Assembly (NCBI GenBank): GCA_963815195.1
Contig: CAWFGE010000012.1
Location: forward strand, 1,056,001-1,120,000
Source: an uncultured Planctomycetaceae bacterium
GTDB lineage: Bacteria > Planctomycetota > Planctomycetia > Planctomycetales > Planctomycetaceae
Reading direction: 5' to 3'
DNA: 64,000 bases
The position numbers were made by a program, and so were the translations under genes. Each line of letters opens with the position of its first letter. Within the stretch, counting starts at the first letter, position 1. The notes below the pieces were generated by a model, which did no database searches, was not told the origin of the DNA, and saw only the letters and a list, made by a program, of their open reading frames with translations. Below are positions 1 through 13,138 of this stretch, one piece after another.

Positions 1-79
1 GGATGATGCCGACACCGGTGCAATTCCGCTTTGATTGGCACGCCGCCGAGGTTCTTAGCGAACGGCAAGGAATGTAAGA

Positions 80-427
80 ATGATTACCATCAAGCGAGCC
101 TACACGACTCCCTCGCCCGACGATGGATTGCGGGTTTTGGTGGAACGCCTGTGGCCGCGCGGCCTCAGCAAGGAGCGGGCGGCGGTGGATCTCTGGCTCA
201 AGGAGATCGCTCCCAGCACGGAGTTGCGTAAGTGGTTCGGTCATGACCCGGAACGTTGGGAGGAGTTTCAGGATCGATACCGGCAGGAATTGGAGGAGAA
301 AGAGGAGCCGATTCAACTGCTGAAGAAAAAAGAGAAAAAGGGCGCAGTCACGTTGATTTATGCTGCGCGGGACGAAGAGCACAATAGTGCGTTGGTCCTT
401 AAAGAAGTGCTGGAAAATCACAAGTGA
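80..427 (+). CDS. DUF488 (YeaO-like) family protein
   Basis: Motifs [49 protein letters not shown]. Confidence 0.9.
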   Translation: MITIKRAYTTPSPDDGLRVLVERLWPRGLSKERAAVDLWLKEIAPSTELRKWFGHDPERWEEFQDRYRQELEEKEEPIQLLKKKEKKGAVTLIYAARDEEHNSALVLKEVLENHK

Positions 428-451
428 AATGATCGTATTTAAGAACCAAGG

Positions 452-2087
452 ATGCGAACAGGTTTGCGAATCCACCTCAAAACGTTTTTGTTGCTCGCTT
501 CACCGTTGGTGCTCGCCGTGGCCGCTGCCTATATTGAATGGGCGGCAGCCGGACTGCCGGCGTTGCGTTCAATCTCCCCGGCGATTGCCGAAACGGCGCG
601 GGAGCCCGTTGGCTTTCCGGTCTGGCTGCGCCACTCATTATGTCAATTTCTTGTTCCTGATTCTGCTGATTCGAAGCGGCCTGCAGATCCTGGCGGATCA
701 TCCTCGGCTGTACTGGAACGTGCATTGCATTCCCGGCACGGAGTGGCTAAGGCTTACGCCGATCGAGGTGCCGAAGGACCGAGTCTGGACGGCCAAAGAA
801 GACTCGCGTTACCTTTCCCCCTGGATCGGATTGCCAGGTTACCGGCACACCATCGGCATGGCGCGGCACTGGCATTTTCTCAGCGTCCTGTTCTGGGTGG
901 GCAACGGCCTGGTCTTCGTGGTTTTGCTGTTCGCCACCGAGCAGTGGAAACGCCTGGTGCCGGATTCCTGGCAGATCGTCCCCGACGCCTGGGCCGTCTT
1001 CGTCCACTACGCCACATTCCACATCCCGCCGGACCCGAACGGGTTTTACCACTACAACGCGCTTCAGCAATTGGCGTACTTCGGCGTGGTCTTCGTTCTG
1101 GCTCCGCTGGCGATCTTCAGCGGCCCCTCGATGTCGCCGGCGCTGACGAACCGGTTCAAATGGTATCCCAGGCTGCCCGGCAATCGGCAAATCGGGCGAT
1201 CGCTGCACTTCATTGTTATGTGTGCGTTCCTTCTGTTCACTGTCATTCATGTGGCGTTGGTGGCGCTGACCGGATTTGTCCGAAACATGAATCACATCGT
1301 GGTAGGCACGGACGACATCGGCCTGACAGGCATTTCTCTGGGCCTCGCGGGACTGGGTGTGATCGTGGGAGTGAACGTCATGGCGAACTGGTTGGCATGG
1401 CGACGGCCGCGGTTGGTGCAGCACATCGCCAAGGCGATTGTCACGCCCGTGATGAGTTACTTTTTGGATCGCCCGGCACCGGTGGCCGAGTTCCGTCGCG
1501 AAGATATTTCGCCATTCTTCTGGGTCAATGGAAAGATGCCGACTTGCGAGGAATGGGAGCGGTTGGCAGCCGGAGAGTTCAAGGACTACCGTTTGAAGGT
1601 GTTTGGCATGGTGGAAAACCCGGTCGAGTTGTCACTGGAGGATATGCGAGCCTTGGGAATGAAGTCACAAATCACCTTGAATCATTGTATCCAGGGCTGG
1701 TCGGGCATCGCCGAATGGGGCGGCTTGCCGCTGGAAGAGCTAATCAAATTGGTGCAGCCGCAGTCGAGTGCAGGGCGAGTTGTCTTCCGCTCATTCGGCG
1801 ACGGCGTGGAGTTTACCACCGGTGAATCGCACGGCCACTACTACGACAGCTTATCGATGGCGAATGCCTTACACCCACACAGCTTGTTGGCCTATGAGAT
1901 GAACGGCGAACCACTGCCCCATTTGCATGGCGCTCCGCTGCGGCTACGCATCGAGAACCAGCTTGCCTTCAAGATGGTCAAGTGGATCAATTCGATTGAA
2001 TTTGTCGAAAATCTCCAGAGAGTCGGCGAGGGAGAAGGCGGTTATGCCGAGGACCACGAATACTTCGGCGAACTGGCGGATATTTGA
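452..2087 (+). CDS. Sulfite-oxidase-family molybdopterin oxidoreductase with N-terminal cytochrome b-like membrane domain (frameshift near 635)
   Basis: ATG 452 hydrophobic N-terminus joins frame 360..2087; TM His motifs RHWHF and RSLHF; Moco motifs HCIQGWS and HGAPLRLR. Confidence 0.8.
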
Positions 2088-2159
2088 GACGGCGCCAAAC
2101 CCCGCAGGGGAATAGGGCCTGTTGTGCAGGCCTCAAATACAAATCTAGTAAACTAATTC

Positions 2160-2255
2160 TACTGTTCAAAGCTCCAAAATGTTGTGGTCGTCGAGACTTC
2201 GTAACTACAACAGATGGTATCATAGACCTCAAAATCACCCCCAGTTTGAACAGTA
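2160..2255. repeat. AT-rich nested inverted repeat
   Basis: TACTGTTCAAA (2160-2170) and TTTGAACAGTA (2245-2255) enclose TGTTGTGGT/ACTACAACA (2180-2212). Confidence 0.6.
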
Positions 2256-2303
2256 AAACGAAACATCAACACTAAAATAGGCCAATCTTCGGGACCGATT
2301 ATT

Positions 2304-3785
2304 ATGAATAGCAAACGCAACAATCATTCAACGCACAACTTCTGCCGCCGCACTCGCCGCGAGTTTCTCTGGGAAGCCGGCGGTGGGTTTACGGGGGTGG
2401 CTCTCGCGGGGCTTTTGGGGCGGGAGGGGTTCTTTAATGCCCAGACTGCGAACGCGGATGGCGTTACGAAATATGAGAATCCGCTGGCGCCTAAGCAGCC
2501 GCATTTTCAGCCGCGGGCGAAGAGTGTCATCTTTTTGTTTATGTACGGCGGGCCTTCGCATGTGGATACGTTCGACTATAAGCCCGAGATGGTCGGCATG
2601 GACGGGAAGACCGTGGAGGTCAAAACCTTCGGCCGCGGCGGGCATCGGAACCAGGGGCGGATTGTGGAACCCAAGTGGAAGTTCCAGCAATACGGCGAAA
2701 GCGGGAAATGGGTCAGCGATTTGTTCCCGCATCTGGCGAAGCGGGTCGATGACATCGCGTTTCTGCATTCCATGACCGCCGACTCTCCGATCCACGGATC
2801 GGCGATGCTGATGATGAACTCCGGCAAAATCCTCTCGGGGAGCCCCGCTTTGGGGTCGTGGATCAACTACGGCCTGGGGTCCGAGAACGAAAACCTGCCG
2901 GGCTTTGTGGTGATGCTCGATCCCACCGGCGGCCCCATCAGCGGCGCGAAAAACTGGTCCTCGGGCTATATGCCCGCGACCTACCAGGGGACCGTGGTCC
3001 GCTCGCAAGGTCCGCCGATTTTGAACCTCAATCGGCCAGAGGGTATGACCCGCGAAATGCAGCGGGATCTGTTGGATTCCTTAAACGAAGCCAACGCCTC
3101 GCATTTGGCGAAGCGAAGTGACAACAGCGACCTCGCCGCGCGGATTTCCAGTTACGAGCTGGCTTTCAAGATGCAACAGCACGCCCCGGAAGCGGTGGAT
3201 CTTTCGCAGGAAACAGATGTGACGCAAAAGCTCTACGGCCTCGATAACCCCAACACGCAGGACTTCGGCAAGCGGTGCCTGATGGCCCGCCGGCTTGTGG
3301 AGCGCGGCGTGCGGTTTGTGCAGCTGTATTCCGGCGGCAACCACAACGATGCCAACTGGGACGCCCACGGCGATTTGGAGAAGAACCACAACTACCACGC
3401 CGGCCGCACCGACCAGCCGATCGCGGCGCTCATTCAAGATCTCAAAGAGCGGGGGTTGTTGGATTCCACATTGATCGTGTGGGGCGGCGAGTTCGGCCGG
3501 CAACCGACCGCGGAATATGCTCAAGGGACAGGGCGGGATCACAACTCCTACGGCTTCACGATGTGGATGGCCGGCGGCGGCATTAAAGGCGGCTCTTCCT
3601 TCGGCCGCACCGATGAACTCGGCTCGCGGGCCGTGGAAAACCCGCTGCACGTCAAGCGCCTGCACGCGACGATCCTCCACCAAATGGGCCTCGATCCCAA
3701 CCATCTGTCCTACTTCTACGGCGGCTTGAATCAGAAGCTCGTCGGCGTCGAAGAAGTGGAACCCATTCGCGAGATCATGGCGTGA
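2304..3785 (+). CDS. DUF1501 family protein (Tat-exported, sulfatase-like)
   Basis: TRREFL Tat motif; AKSVIFLFMYGGPSHVDTFDYKP; WGGEFGR; GRDHN. Confidence 0.92.
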   Translation: MNSKRNNHSTHNFCRRTRREFLWEAGGGFTGVALAGLLGREGFFNAQTANADGVTKYENPLAPKQPHFQPRAKSVIFLFMYGGPSHVDTFDYKPEMVGMDGKTVEVKTFGRGGHRNQGRIVEPKWKFQQYGESGKWVSDLFPHLAKRVDDIAFLHSMTADSPIHGSAMLMMNSGKILSGSPALGSWINYGLGSENENLPGFVVMLDPTGGPISGAKNWSSGYMPATYQGTVVRSQGPPILNLNRPEGMTREMQRDLLDSLNEANASHLAKRSDNSDLAARISSYELAFKMQQHAPEAVDLSQETDVTQKLYGLDNPNTQDFGKRCLMARRLVERGVRFVQLYSGGNHNDANWDAHGDLEKNHNYHAGRTDQPIAALIQDLKERGLLDSTLIVWGGEFGRQPTAEYAQGTGRDHNSYGFTMWMAGGGIKGGSSFGRTDELGSRAVENPLHVKRLHATILHQMGLDPNHLSYFYGGLNQKLVGVEEVEPIREIMA

Positions 3786-3852
3786 GCGGCGACGGTGATG
3801 AGGATGGAGGATGGAAAAACCTCGGGCCTTGCCTTCTATGAAACACGCATGT

Positions 3853-6072
<2,220 letters not shown>

Positions 6073-6093
6073 CGTTTGTCGATTCGTGATTGA

Positions 6094-6179
6094 AAATCAG
6101 CCGCAGGGCGGCTAGCCCCGATTTCTGTGAACTCTCCAAACCTTGTTGAAACCGGACGCTAACGCGTGCCGGCTGATTT
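6094..6179. repeat. REP-like inverted pair (degenerate GCTAGC family)
   Basis: AAATCAGCCG...CGGCTGATTT with internal GGCTAGCCCC. Confidence 0.5.
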
Positions 6180-6183
6180 GCCC

Positions 6184-7914
6184 TCAAGGATTCAATCGCC
6201 CCGGCATGCGCGGCGCGGCACAGGTCGAGAAGAACTGGTAACGCTCCAGAAGTTCCCCGACAAATGCGGCCGAAAGCATCATCAACACCATCACGACAAT
6301 CGCCGGGCCGATGGTTTCCTCGGTCCCCAGCCGGTTCCATAACAACATCGGGATGATCGCCGTTCCGAGAATCCCCAATCCAAATCGAAAATAAGTCGAC
6401 CGCCCGAGCGGGCCAATCATCAGCCGGGCGGAGCGTTTCAAGGGCGACTGCCGGCGGGATAGAAGATGCCGAAACAGCGAGCCTTCCAGAACGAGCTTCG
6501 CGGCACCGGTTGTCATCAGGGCTTGGAGCAACACCCGGATTGCCGCGGCTGACCACAGGGGTGATTCCGCTGTGTCGTGAAAAGCGGAATACACGACGAT
6601 GGAGGACAGTGCCGCCGCGAGCCCTAATACGGTTGCGGTCAATGCGAACTTGGAAACCGTCCGCCCGAAGCTCCAGAACTCGCGGCCGGTGAAAACATAG
6701 ATCATCACGGAACAGAACAGGCCGACCGCGCCGGTCACGGCCACGATGCCTCCCCATATCGGAAGCCACGACGACTTGGGTAGGGTCCAACACACGCCGG
6801 CATAGAGACACGCAGCCCCGGCGAAGGCTCCGAACGCCAGAATCTCCCGGCTGAGCCAGGAGTGCTTGAGTCCGATCACCGCCCGAAACGCATACAACGG
6901 CCGACCCAAGTGCATCGTACTCGCCCCCAAGGCCAAAAGCCCGACCGCCAGCGCATTGGTGGCGTGCAGTTGACGAAACGCAGGGAGAGTTTCTTCGTTG
7001 AGAAACGCTTCGAGAAGCATTCCCACAATAAAGGCCCCGACGGAAAGCTGCGTGAGCACCAGCATCACGATCAACGGCCAATGCGGATGCTGCGGGTTGA
7101 CGGAATAATAATCCGCCGGCAGCGTGTTTCGCGGGAAGACTCTCGCGGTCTTGTAATGCGTCGTGGGGAGCGTTCGCTGCGGATCGGGAGCGGCCGGCAG
7201 GAACGGATCGATCTCTGCATCCTCGATGACTTGCCGCGTCTCGACGAGCCGGATTGCGATGGCTTCGTGCGGGCAAGCCGCAGCGCACGCGGGGGCTTCG
7301 CCGTCCGCCAGGCGGTCGCTGCACATGTCGCACTTCCGCACGATGCCTTTGCCCGCGTGATATTTGGGAACATCATAAGGGCAAGCCAGCGTGCAATACT
7401 GGCAGCCGAAACATTGGTCGTCCAAATGCTTCACGATCCCGGTGACGGGATTTTTTTCGTAGGCATCGACCGGGCAGGCGATCATGCAGGCCGGCTCCAA
7501 GCAATGATGGCACGCCGTCGTCACGTGCTGCATCACCGGATGGGCCGCGGAACCGCCGATCAAGAGGCCCACGTCCCGCCAGGTTTCGCCTTCGTCCAGA
7601 CCGTTCAGGGAATGGCAAGCCGTCACGCAGGCTTTGCAGCCGGAGCAGCGATCCAGGTCCACCTCAAACGCATATTGCTGCCCCGGTTCCGGTGAAGAGG
7701 CAGGCAGCAATTTGGAATAATACCCGGCCTGATCGGGCAAATGGGAATCGTGAACCCGGCTGAATTCCTCGACCGCCGAAAGCGATTGCTGATCGGCCAG
7801 AAGTTGCAATAACAATCCCGGTTCCTCGCGGCGGACATCCGGCAAATCGATGATGGGCAGCAGATGCCTATCGTTCGGAGTGATCTGGCAGAGCAGGTTC
7901 ATTGGCTTCCTCAA
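6184..7914 (-). CDS. Fused 4Fe-4S dicluster (DmsB-like) and DmsC/NrfD-like membrane anchor
   Basis: CSGCKACVTAC, CHHCLEPAC, CFGCQYCTLAC, KCDMC; then HWPLIVM, STMHLGRP, SWLSREI, ELLERYQFF. Confidence 0.88.
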   Translation of the reverse strand: MRKPMNLLCQITPNDRHLLPIIDLPDVRREEPGLLLQLLADQQSLSAVEEFSRVHDSHLPDQAGYYSKLLPASSPEPGQQYAFEVDLDRCSGCKACVTACHSLNGLDEGETWRDVGLLIGGSAAHPVMQHVTTACHHCLEPACMIACPVDAYEKNPVTGIVKHLDDQCFGCQYCTLACPYDVPKYHAGKGIVRKCDMCSDRLADGEAPACAAACPHEAIAIRLVETRQVIEDAEIDPFLPAAPDPQRTLPTTHYKTARVFPRNTLPADYYSVNPQHPHWPLIVMLVLTQLSVGAFIVGMLLEAFLNEETLPAFRQLHATNALAVGLLALGASTMHLGRPLYAFRAVIGLKHSWLSREILAFGAFAGAACLYAGVCWTLPKSSWLPIWGGIVAVTGAVGLFCSVMIYVFTGREFWSFGRTVSKFALTATVLGLAAALSSIVVYSAFHDTAESPLWSAAAIRVLLQALMTTGAAKLVLEGSLFRHLLSRRQSPLKRSARLMIGPLGRSTYFRFGLGILGTAIIPMLLWNRLGTEETIGPAIVVMVLMMLSAAFVGELLERYQFFSTCAAPRMPGRLNP

Positions 7915-9665
7915 ACGGTCTCTGCCGCATGGCGTCGGGCGGGGGCTTTGGCTTTCGGCGTCTCTTCGGCGGTGGTATCGGAAGCTTCATCAAGCCTCGC
8001 GAAATTGCGGCGCAGGCCCGCGCAGGAGGGGCAGAACACCGGCGGGTCTTCGCCTTCGTGCCGGTGCTCGCAGGCTTCGCAGATCCACAACGGGACTTTG
8101 TAATCCTCGTCGTCGACTTTCTCGGCCTCGGCGGCTTTGAGCTTTTCCCGCCAGTACGCGCTAAACGTCTGCCCGGAGCGATGCTTGAGATAGTAGTCCT
8201 TCACCACGTCTTCGATGAGTTGCGGCAATTGATCGACATCGACGCCGATCTTGTAAGGCAGCGCCATGTGGACCTGACCCGCAAGGCCGCCGCCCAAGAA
8301 CACGTCAAATCCTTCCCGCGTGCCCAGCAGCCTGCGGACGCGGACGCCTTTGAGGCCGATGTCCGCCGTGAAGTGCTGGGCGCAACTCGACGGGCAGCCG
8401 CTCATGTGGATGCGAATTCCGTGCAGCTTGAGCATTCGCTTTCTCAGCTTTTCGATCAACTGAAACATGTGGCCTTTGGTTTCGGTGACGGCGATGTTAC
8501 AGAACTGGCTGCCGGTGCAGGCCATCGTGTTTTGCTCGAACTCGTCGGCATGCACGCTCAAGCCCAGGCTCGCGGCTTCGGTCGCGGCGGCATCTTTGAA
8601 GCCGGCGGGAATATCGATCACCGCGATTCCCTGCTCGTGCGTCGTGCGCAGCTGTCCGCTGCCCCAGCGTTTGCTCAACAGGGCCAGCCCTTCGAGTTGC
8701 CGCCAGGTCATCCGCCCCAGCGGAACCGACAGGCCCATCGTCCACAGTTTGGGATCGCGCTGGCGAAACCAGCCGACCAGTTCATCCCGGCTCGAAGCGG
8801 GGATCGGCTCGGCGACGCAGGGCATGAGGCGGAAGGGAAGATCCTCTTCCAGCCATTCCAACACGCCGCCGATGCCGATGTCTTCCACGAGAAACCGGAG
8901 CCGGGCCCGGTTGCGTTTCTCCCGCGAGCCCTTCGCCCGAAACAGATCGAGAATCGAGCGGGTGACTTCCACGACTTGATCGGGCCGGACCAGCACCGGC
9001 AGATGCCAGGCCAAATGCGGCGTCTGCCCTTGCGTTCCGGCCAAGAGCACTTGAAACAGAACTTCGCCAAGGGCTTCGCGTCGCCAGAAAGCTGATGTCT
9101 TGCGTCCAAAAGTGCACGGAATGATTTTCGGTGCCGTTTAAGCAGAGATTCATCTTGCGGGGCAGGTCGGAATAGTCCCGGCTGCCCACGAAGAGTTCCG
9201 TCACCTGATGGCATAGCTTGCGGGTATCGATCAGTTCATCCGGCAAGAGGCCGCTGAAGGGGTGGGCGAACACGTTGCGAATGTTGTCGTGCCCGGTCTG
9301 CTTGGAATTGAGGCCGACGTTCGCCAGGCGTTTCTCCACTTTGGGCAGATGCTCGATGTCCAACCCCTGCACTTGGACATTGGCCCGCGTGGTCACGTCG
9401 ACGATGCCGTGCCCATATTCGTAAGCGATGAAGGCGATTTCGCGGGCCTGGTCGGCGGACAATTCGCCGGCCGTCAACCGGATGCGGTTCATATATCGTC
9501 CGGCGCATCCCGCTTGCGATAAAAGAATCCATGCCATTTCATGCGCTCCAGATCGGGGGTGTCGATGTCCTGCATCGGCGTTTTTTCCGAAGCGTAGCGT
9601 TCCACATCCGGCCAAACGTCGAAGGGATGTTTTTCCGCCTTCCAAGTTTCCACAGGATTCGCCAT
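7911..9665 (-). CDS. nirA: Ferredoxin-type nitrite reductase with C-terminal rubredoxin-like domain (at least two frameshifts)
   Basis: Merged ORFs 9489..9758, 8782..9720 and 7911..9050; DVTTRANVQ, DNIRN, LPRKMN, CTGSQFC, GCPSSC; tail CEAC..PPVFCPSC. Confidence 0.85.
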
Positions 9666-9712
9666 GAGCCTGTCCATCCGATTGATTGAAAATGAAATAC
9701 AAAGTCCGGCGC

Positions 9713-9908
9713 GGTGGCATCCCCTGAGCGGTAGGCGATAGCCTCCGGCGGGTGGCATCCCCTGAGCGGTAGGGCTAGCCTCCGGCGGGTCGCATCCCCT
9801 GAGCGGTAGGCGCTAGCCTCCGGCGGGTCGCACGCCCTGGGGAACGAAGGGCGTAGTCTTTGTTATCGCCACCGGAATAAAAGCCGGCGGCTAGCGCCTT
9901 GCCGCTCA
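9713..9908. repeat. Three tandem ~38-bp REP-like units plus one inverted copy
   Basis: GGT(G/C)GCATCCCCTGAGCGGTAGGCGCTAGCCTCCGGCG units start at 9713, 9751 and 9788; inverted GCCGGCGGCTAGCGCCTTGCCGCTCA at 9883-9908. Confidence 0.9.
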
Positions 9909-11283
9909 CGCCGATGCCCCGGCGACGCCGAGTTCTTGCCGGCGTTTTGCATTCGCGGCTTCGGTTGCGGCTTTGGCTTCGGTCTCGGCGGCTTCGTTAA
10001 AATTCACCGCGAACGTCAAAAACGAGCAGCCCGTCACCAGACCGCCCAGGATCAACAGAGCCGTCGGCCAGGCGATCGCGCTCGACTTAAACAGAAACCC
10101 CGCCGCCACCGCCCCGGCATTGCCGCCCGCTCCGACGATCCCCGCCACCGAACCCAATGCCTTCTTATTGATGAACGGCACCACCGAGAACGTCGCGCCT
10201 TCGCTCATCTGCACGAACAGGCTAAACAGAATCAGCGTCGGAATGGCGAGCGCCAACACGTCCATTTGCGAGAACAGCATCAAGGCCAGACCCTCGCAGA
10301 ACAGCACCATAAACAGCCACCGCACCCGGCCGGAGAGGCCCCAGCGCTCTCCGAACCTGTCGCCGAACACGCCGCCCAACGTGCGGGCGAAGATGTTCAT
10401 CAGGCCGAACAGGCTCGCGATCAGCCCGGCGAGACTCATGGCTTTGACGCTGTCCATCTGCCGAAATTCCTCGAAATAATCGACGAAATAAAGCGCGGCG
10501 ACGTTGTTGATCGTCAGCTCAATCCCAAAGCAGCCGCCATAGATCACAAACAGCGCCCACACCCGGCGGTCTTTGCAGGCTTCGAAAAACGTGCCGTTCG
10601 TGGCGTTCTTTGCCGGCATCAATCCTTGTTCGCGAAGTGCGCGGAAGTTGCCGCCTGGGGCATCCTGCGTCAAAACGTAATACGCAATCCCGGTGAGTGC
10701 ACACAAAAGGCCGGCGACGAACATCGAGGCCCGCCAGCTCGCGGCACTCGAAAGGCCGACGGTCCCGAGGAAAAACGCGAAGACCAAAGGCATCACCAGT
10801 TGCGTCACCCCGCCGCCCAGGTTCCCCCAACCCGCGGTGGTCGCATTGGCGGTGCCCACGCAGTTGGGGGCGAACATGATGGAGGTGTGGTATTGCGTGA
10901 TGACGAACGAAGCGCCGATCACGCCGATCCCGATGCGGAACAAGAGAAACGAGGTGTAACTTTCCGCGAAGCCGATCGCCATCACGGGAATGGAGCCAAC
11001 CAAAAGCAAACCCGTATAGGCGAGTCGCGGTCCGATCTTGTCGCACAGCCAGCCGATCAGCAATCGGGCGACGACGGTGATCGACACCGAGCCGATGATG
11101 CACCAGCCGATTTGCTCTTTGGTCAGATGCAGCTCTTCGCGAACGATTCTCATCAACGGAGCGATGCCGAACCAGGCGAAGAAGCATAGAAAGAACGCGA
11201 ACCACGACATGTGGAACGCCCGCATCTGGACGGAGGAAAAATCGAACAGCCGGATTCGCGTGGCTTTGCTTTGAAATTCCATG
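9906..11283 (-). CDS. narK: NarK/NRT2 family nitrate/nitrite MFS transporter
   Basis: MRAFHMSWFAFF; nitrate signatures AGWGNLGGG and GAGGNAG; ATG 11283 preferred over the upstream extension. Confidence 0.92.
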
Positions 11284-11617
11284 AACGGAGTCCCTCGGTG
11301 AAAAATGCGGAATGAATTTTCCCATCCCGGCAGCGCGGCGAGATTGACCGGCAAGCAAAGCAGGCTTTGTACCCGTTCCAATCCATCTCTCGGAAAACTC
11401 GCCGGCGCTTCGGAGATCCGAAAGAATCGTCCTGGAATCGGCTCACCAGCGCGGGGCAGACGTGAAACCTCAGCCGACATGCCGCGCATCGTTGCACAGC
11501 CCCTAAGCACTCCCAAGTTAAGAATCCTGCAGGTGTTTGATTCTAAAACTCAAAAAAGCCTTGAAATCAAGGGGTTTGAGCAGAGGCCGAGGTTCGGCAT
11601 GAAATTTTCATCACGCA

Positions 11618-13129
11618 ATGGAACTTGCGGTGACATTACGTCCCGAAACAGGTGCCCGATTGATGACTTCGCCGACTTCCGACAACTCCCTCATCAAAAA
11701 CGATCCCCTGCGGCTGTTGCAGCGGCGGTTCGTCGGCGGCATGGTTGCAGTCGCGGCGTTGGCCTTGCTCAATCAACTCGTGCTGCAACCTTGGCTGATT
11801 CAGTTGACATCGGATGCGCCCACGATCAACGTCGCGGGCCGGCAGCGGATGTTGAGCCAAAAACTGTCAAAGGCCGCGCTGGAACTCACCGATCAAACCC
11901 GGCATCGGGCACGGGACGCCCGCGAGGAACTCCGCCAGGCCTTGGCGGATTGGGCGGTCGCTCACCGGGGTCTGCAATATGGCGACCCGGCTTTGGGACT
12001 TCCCGCAAATGAAAACTCGCAGATCCGAAACGCCTTTCAAGATCTGGAACCGCACTTTCAAAAGATGCACGACGCCGCCCGCCGGCTGATCGCGGCCGAC
12101 GTGGACGAACCGGCTCCGCAACAACTCGCCGAAATCATTCTGGAGGAAGAGGGAAAATACCTGCCGCGAATGCACCGCATCGTCGGCTTGTTTGAAGCCG
12201 AGTCGCGGAAGCGGGTGTCGCATCTGCGCATCGCGGGTTGGGTGATTGTGGGGCTGATCCTGGCGTTGTTGTTTTCCTTGGTCTGGTTTGCAATTCGGCC
12301 GGTGATGCGGTTGATCGAACAGCGCGTCGTGGAGCGGACCGAACAACTGCGGACGATGAACCGCCAACTCGAACGGGAAATCGCCGACCGCCGGCGGGCC
12401 GAGCACCGCACGCGGGAACTCCTGGATCAGTTGGCCCACGCCGCCCGGCTCAATTCGCTGGGGCAGATGGCGGCGGGTCTCGCGCACGAGTTGAACCAGC
12501 CGCTGGGGGCGATCGTCAACTACGCCGAAGCCGCCGGCTGTCATTTGGAGCAGGACTTTGAAAAGCACGAGGAAGCCCGAAAAATCCTCACGCGGATCTC
12601 CGCCGCGGGTTTGCGGGCCGGGGCGATTGTGCACCGCTTGCGAAACTTCATTCGCAAGGAGAAAAATGCCCGGCAAGCCGTTTTGTTGCCCGCCTTGATT
12701 GCGGAGGTCATCGAACTCTGCGAGCCCGAAGCCCGCAAACGCGGCGTGAAAATCGAGTTCGCATCGAAGGTCCGATCCGAAAACTTTCCCGCCCCGACGG
12801 TGGATGGGATTCAGATTCAGCAAGTGCTGGTCAACCTGATCCAGAATGCGATCGAGGCCCTGCGAGACAAACCCGCCGCCGAGCGGTTGGTGTGGATTGT
12901 GCTGGGATTCGAGGCGGACGATGAATTGCGAATCGACGTGATCGACCGCGGCTGCGGGTTCGACGAAGAACAAGCGGAGACGTTGTTCGCACCGTTTTTC
13001 ACGACCCGCACCGAAGGCCTGGGCATGGGCCTGGCGATTTGCCGGTCGATCATCCAGGAACACGGCGGCCGCTTCTGGGCGACATCCCAGCGCGCGGCGG
13101 GGCGGTCTTCTCCTTCACGCTTCCTTTAG
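11618..13129 (+). CDS. Sensor histidine kinase with NarX/PilJ-type nitrate-sensing domain and HisKA-HATPase core
   Basis: P-box INVAGRQRMLSQK between two TM helices; LAHELNQPL; NLIQNA; GLGMGLAICRS; start may be 11663 and the C-terminus is probably frameshifted. Confidence 0.85.
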   Translation: MELAVTLRPETGARLMTSPTSDNSLIKNDPLRLLQRRFVGGMVAVAALALLNQLVLQPWLIQLTSDAPTINVAGRQRMLSQKLSKAALELTDQTRHRARDAREELRQALADWAVAHRGLQYGDPALGLPANENSQIRNAFQDLEPHFQKMHDAARRLIAADVDEPAPQQLAEIILEEEGKYLPRMHRIVGLFEAESRKRVSHLRIAGWVIVGLILALLFSLVWFAIRPVMRLIEQRVVERTEQLRTMNRQLEREIADRRRAEHRTRELLDQLAHAARLNSLGQMAAGLAHELNQPLGAIVNYAEAAGCHLEQDFEKHEEARKILTRISAAGLRAGAIVHRLRNFIRKEKNARQAVLLPALIAEVIELCEPEARKRGVKIEFASKVRSENFPAPTVDGIQIQQVLVNLIQNAIEALRDKPAAERLVWIVLGFEADDELRIDVIDRGCGFDEEQAETLFAPFFTTRTEGLGMGLAICRSIIQEHGGRFWATSQRAAGRSSPSRFL

Positions 13130-13138
13130 CCGCCCGCC

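Noticed and set aside
9713..9833. Possible CRISPR array
   Set aside because: Units are head-to-tail without unique spacers, match a dispersed REP-like family, and no cas gene is nearby
11359..11375. Sigma54-like site CGGGTACAAAGCCTGCT upstream of narK
   Set aside because: Spacing is right but the match is weak, and the adjacent regulator is FixJ-type rather than a sigma54 activator
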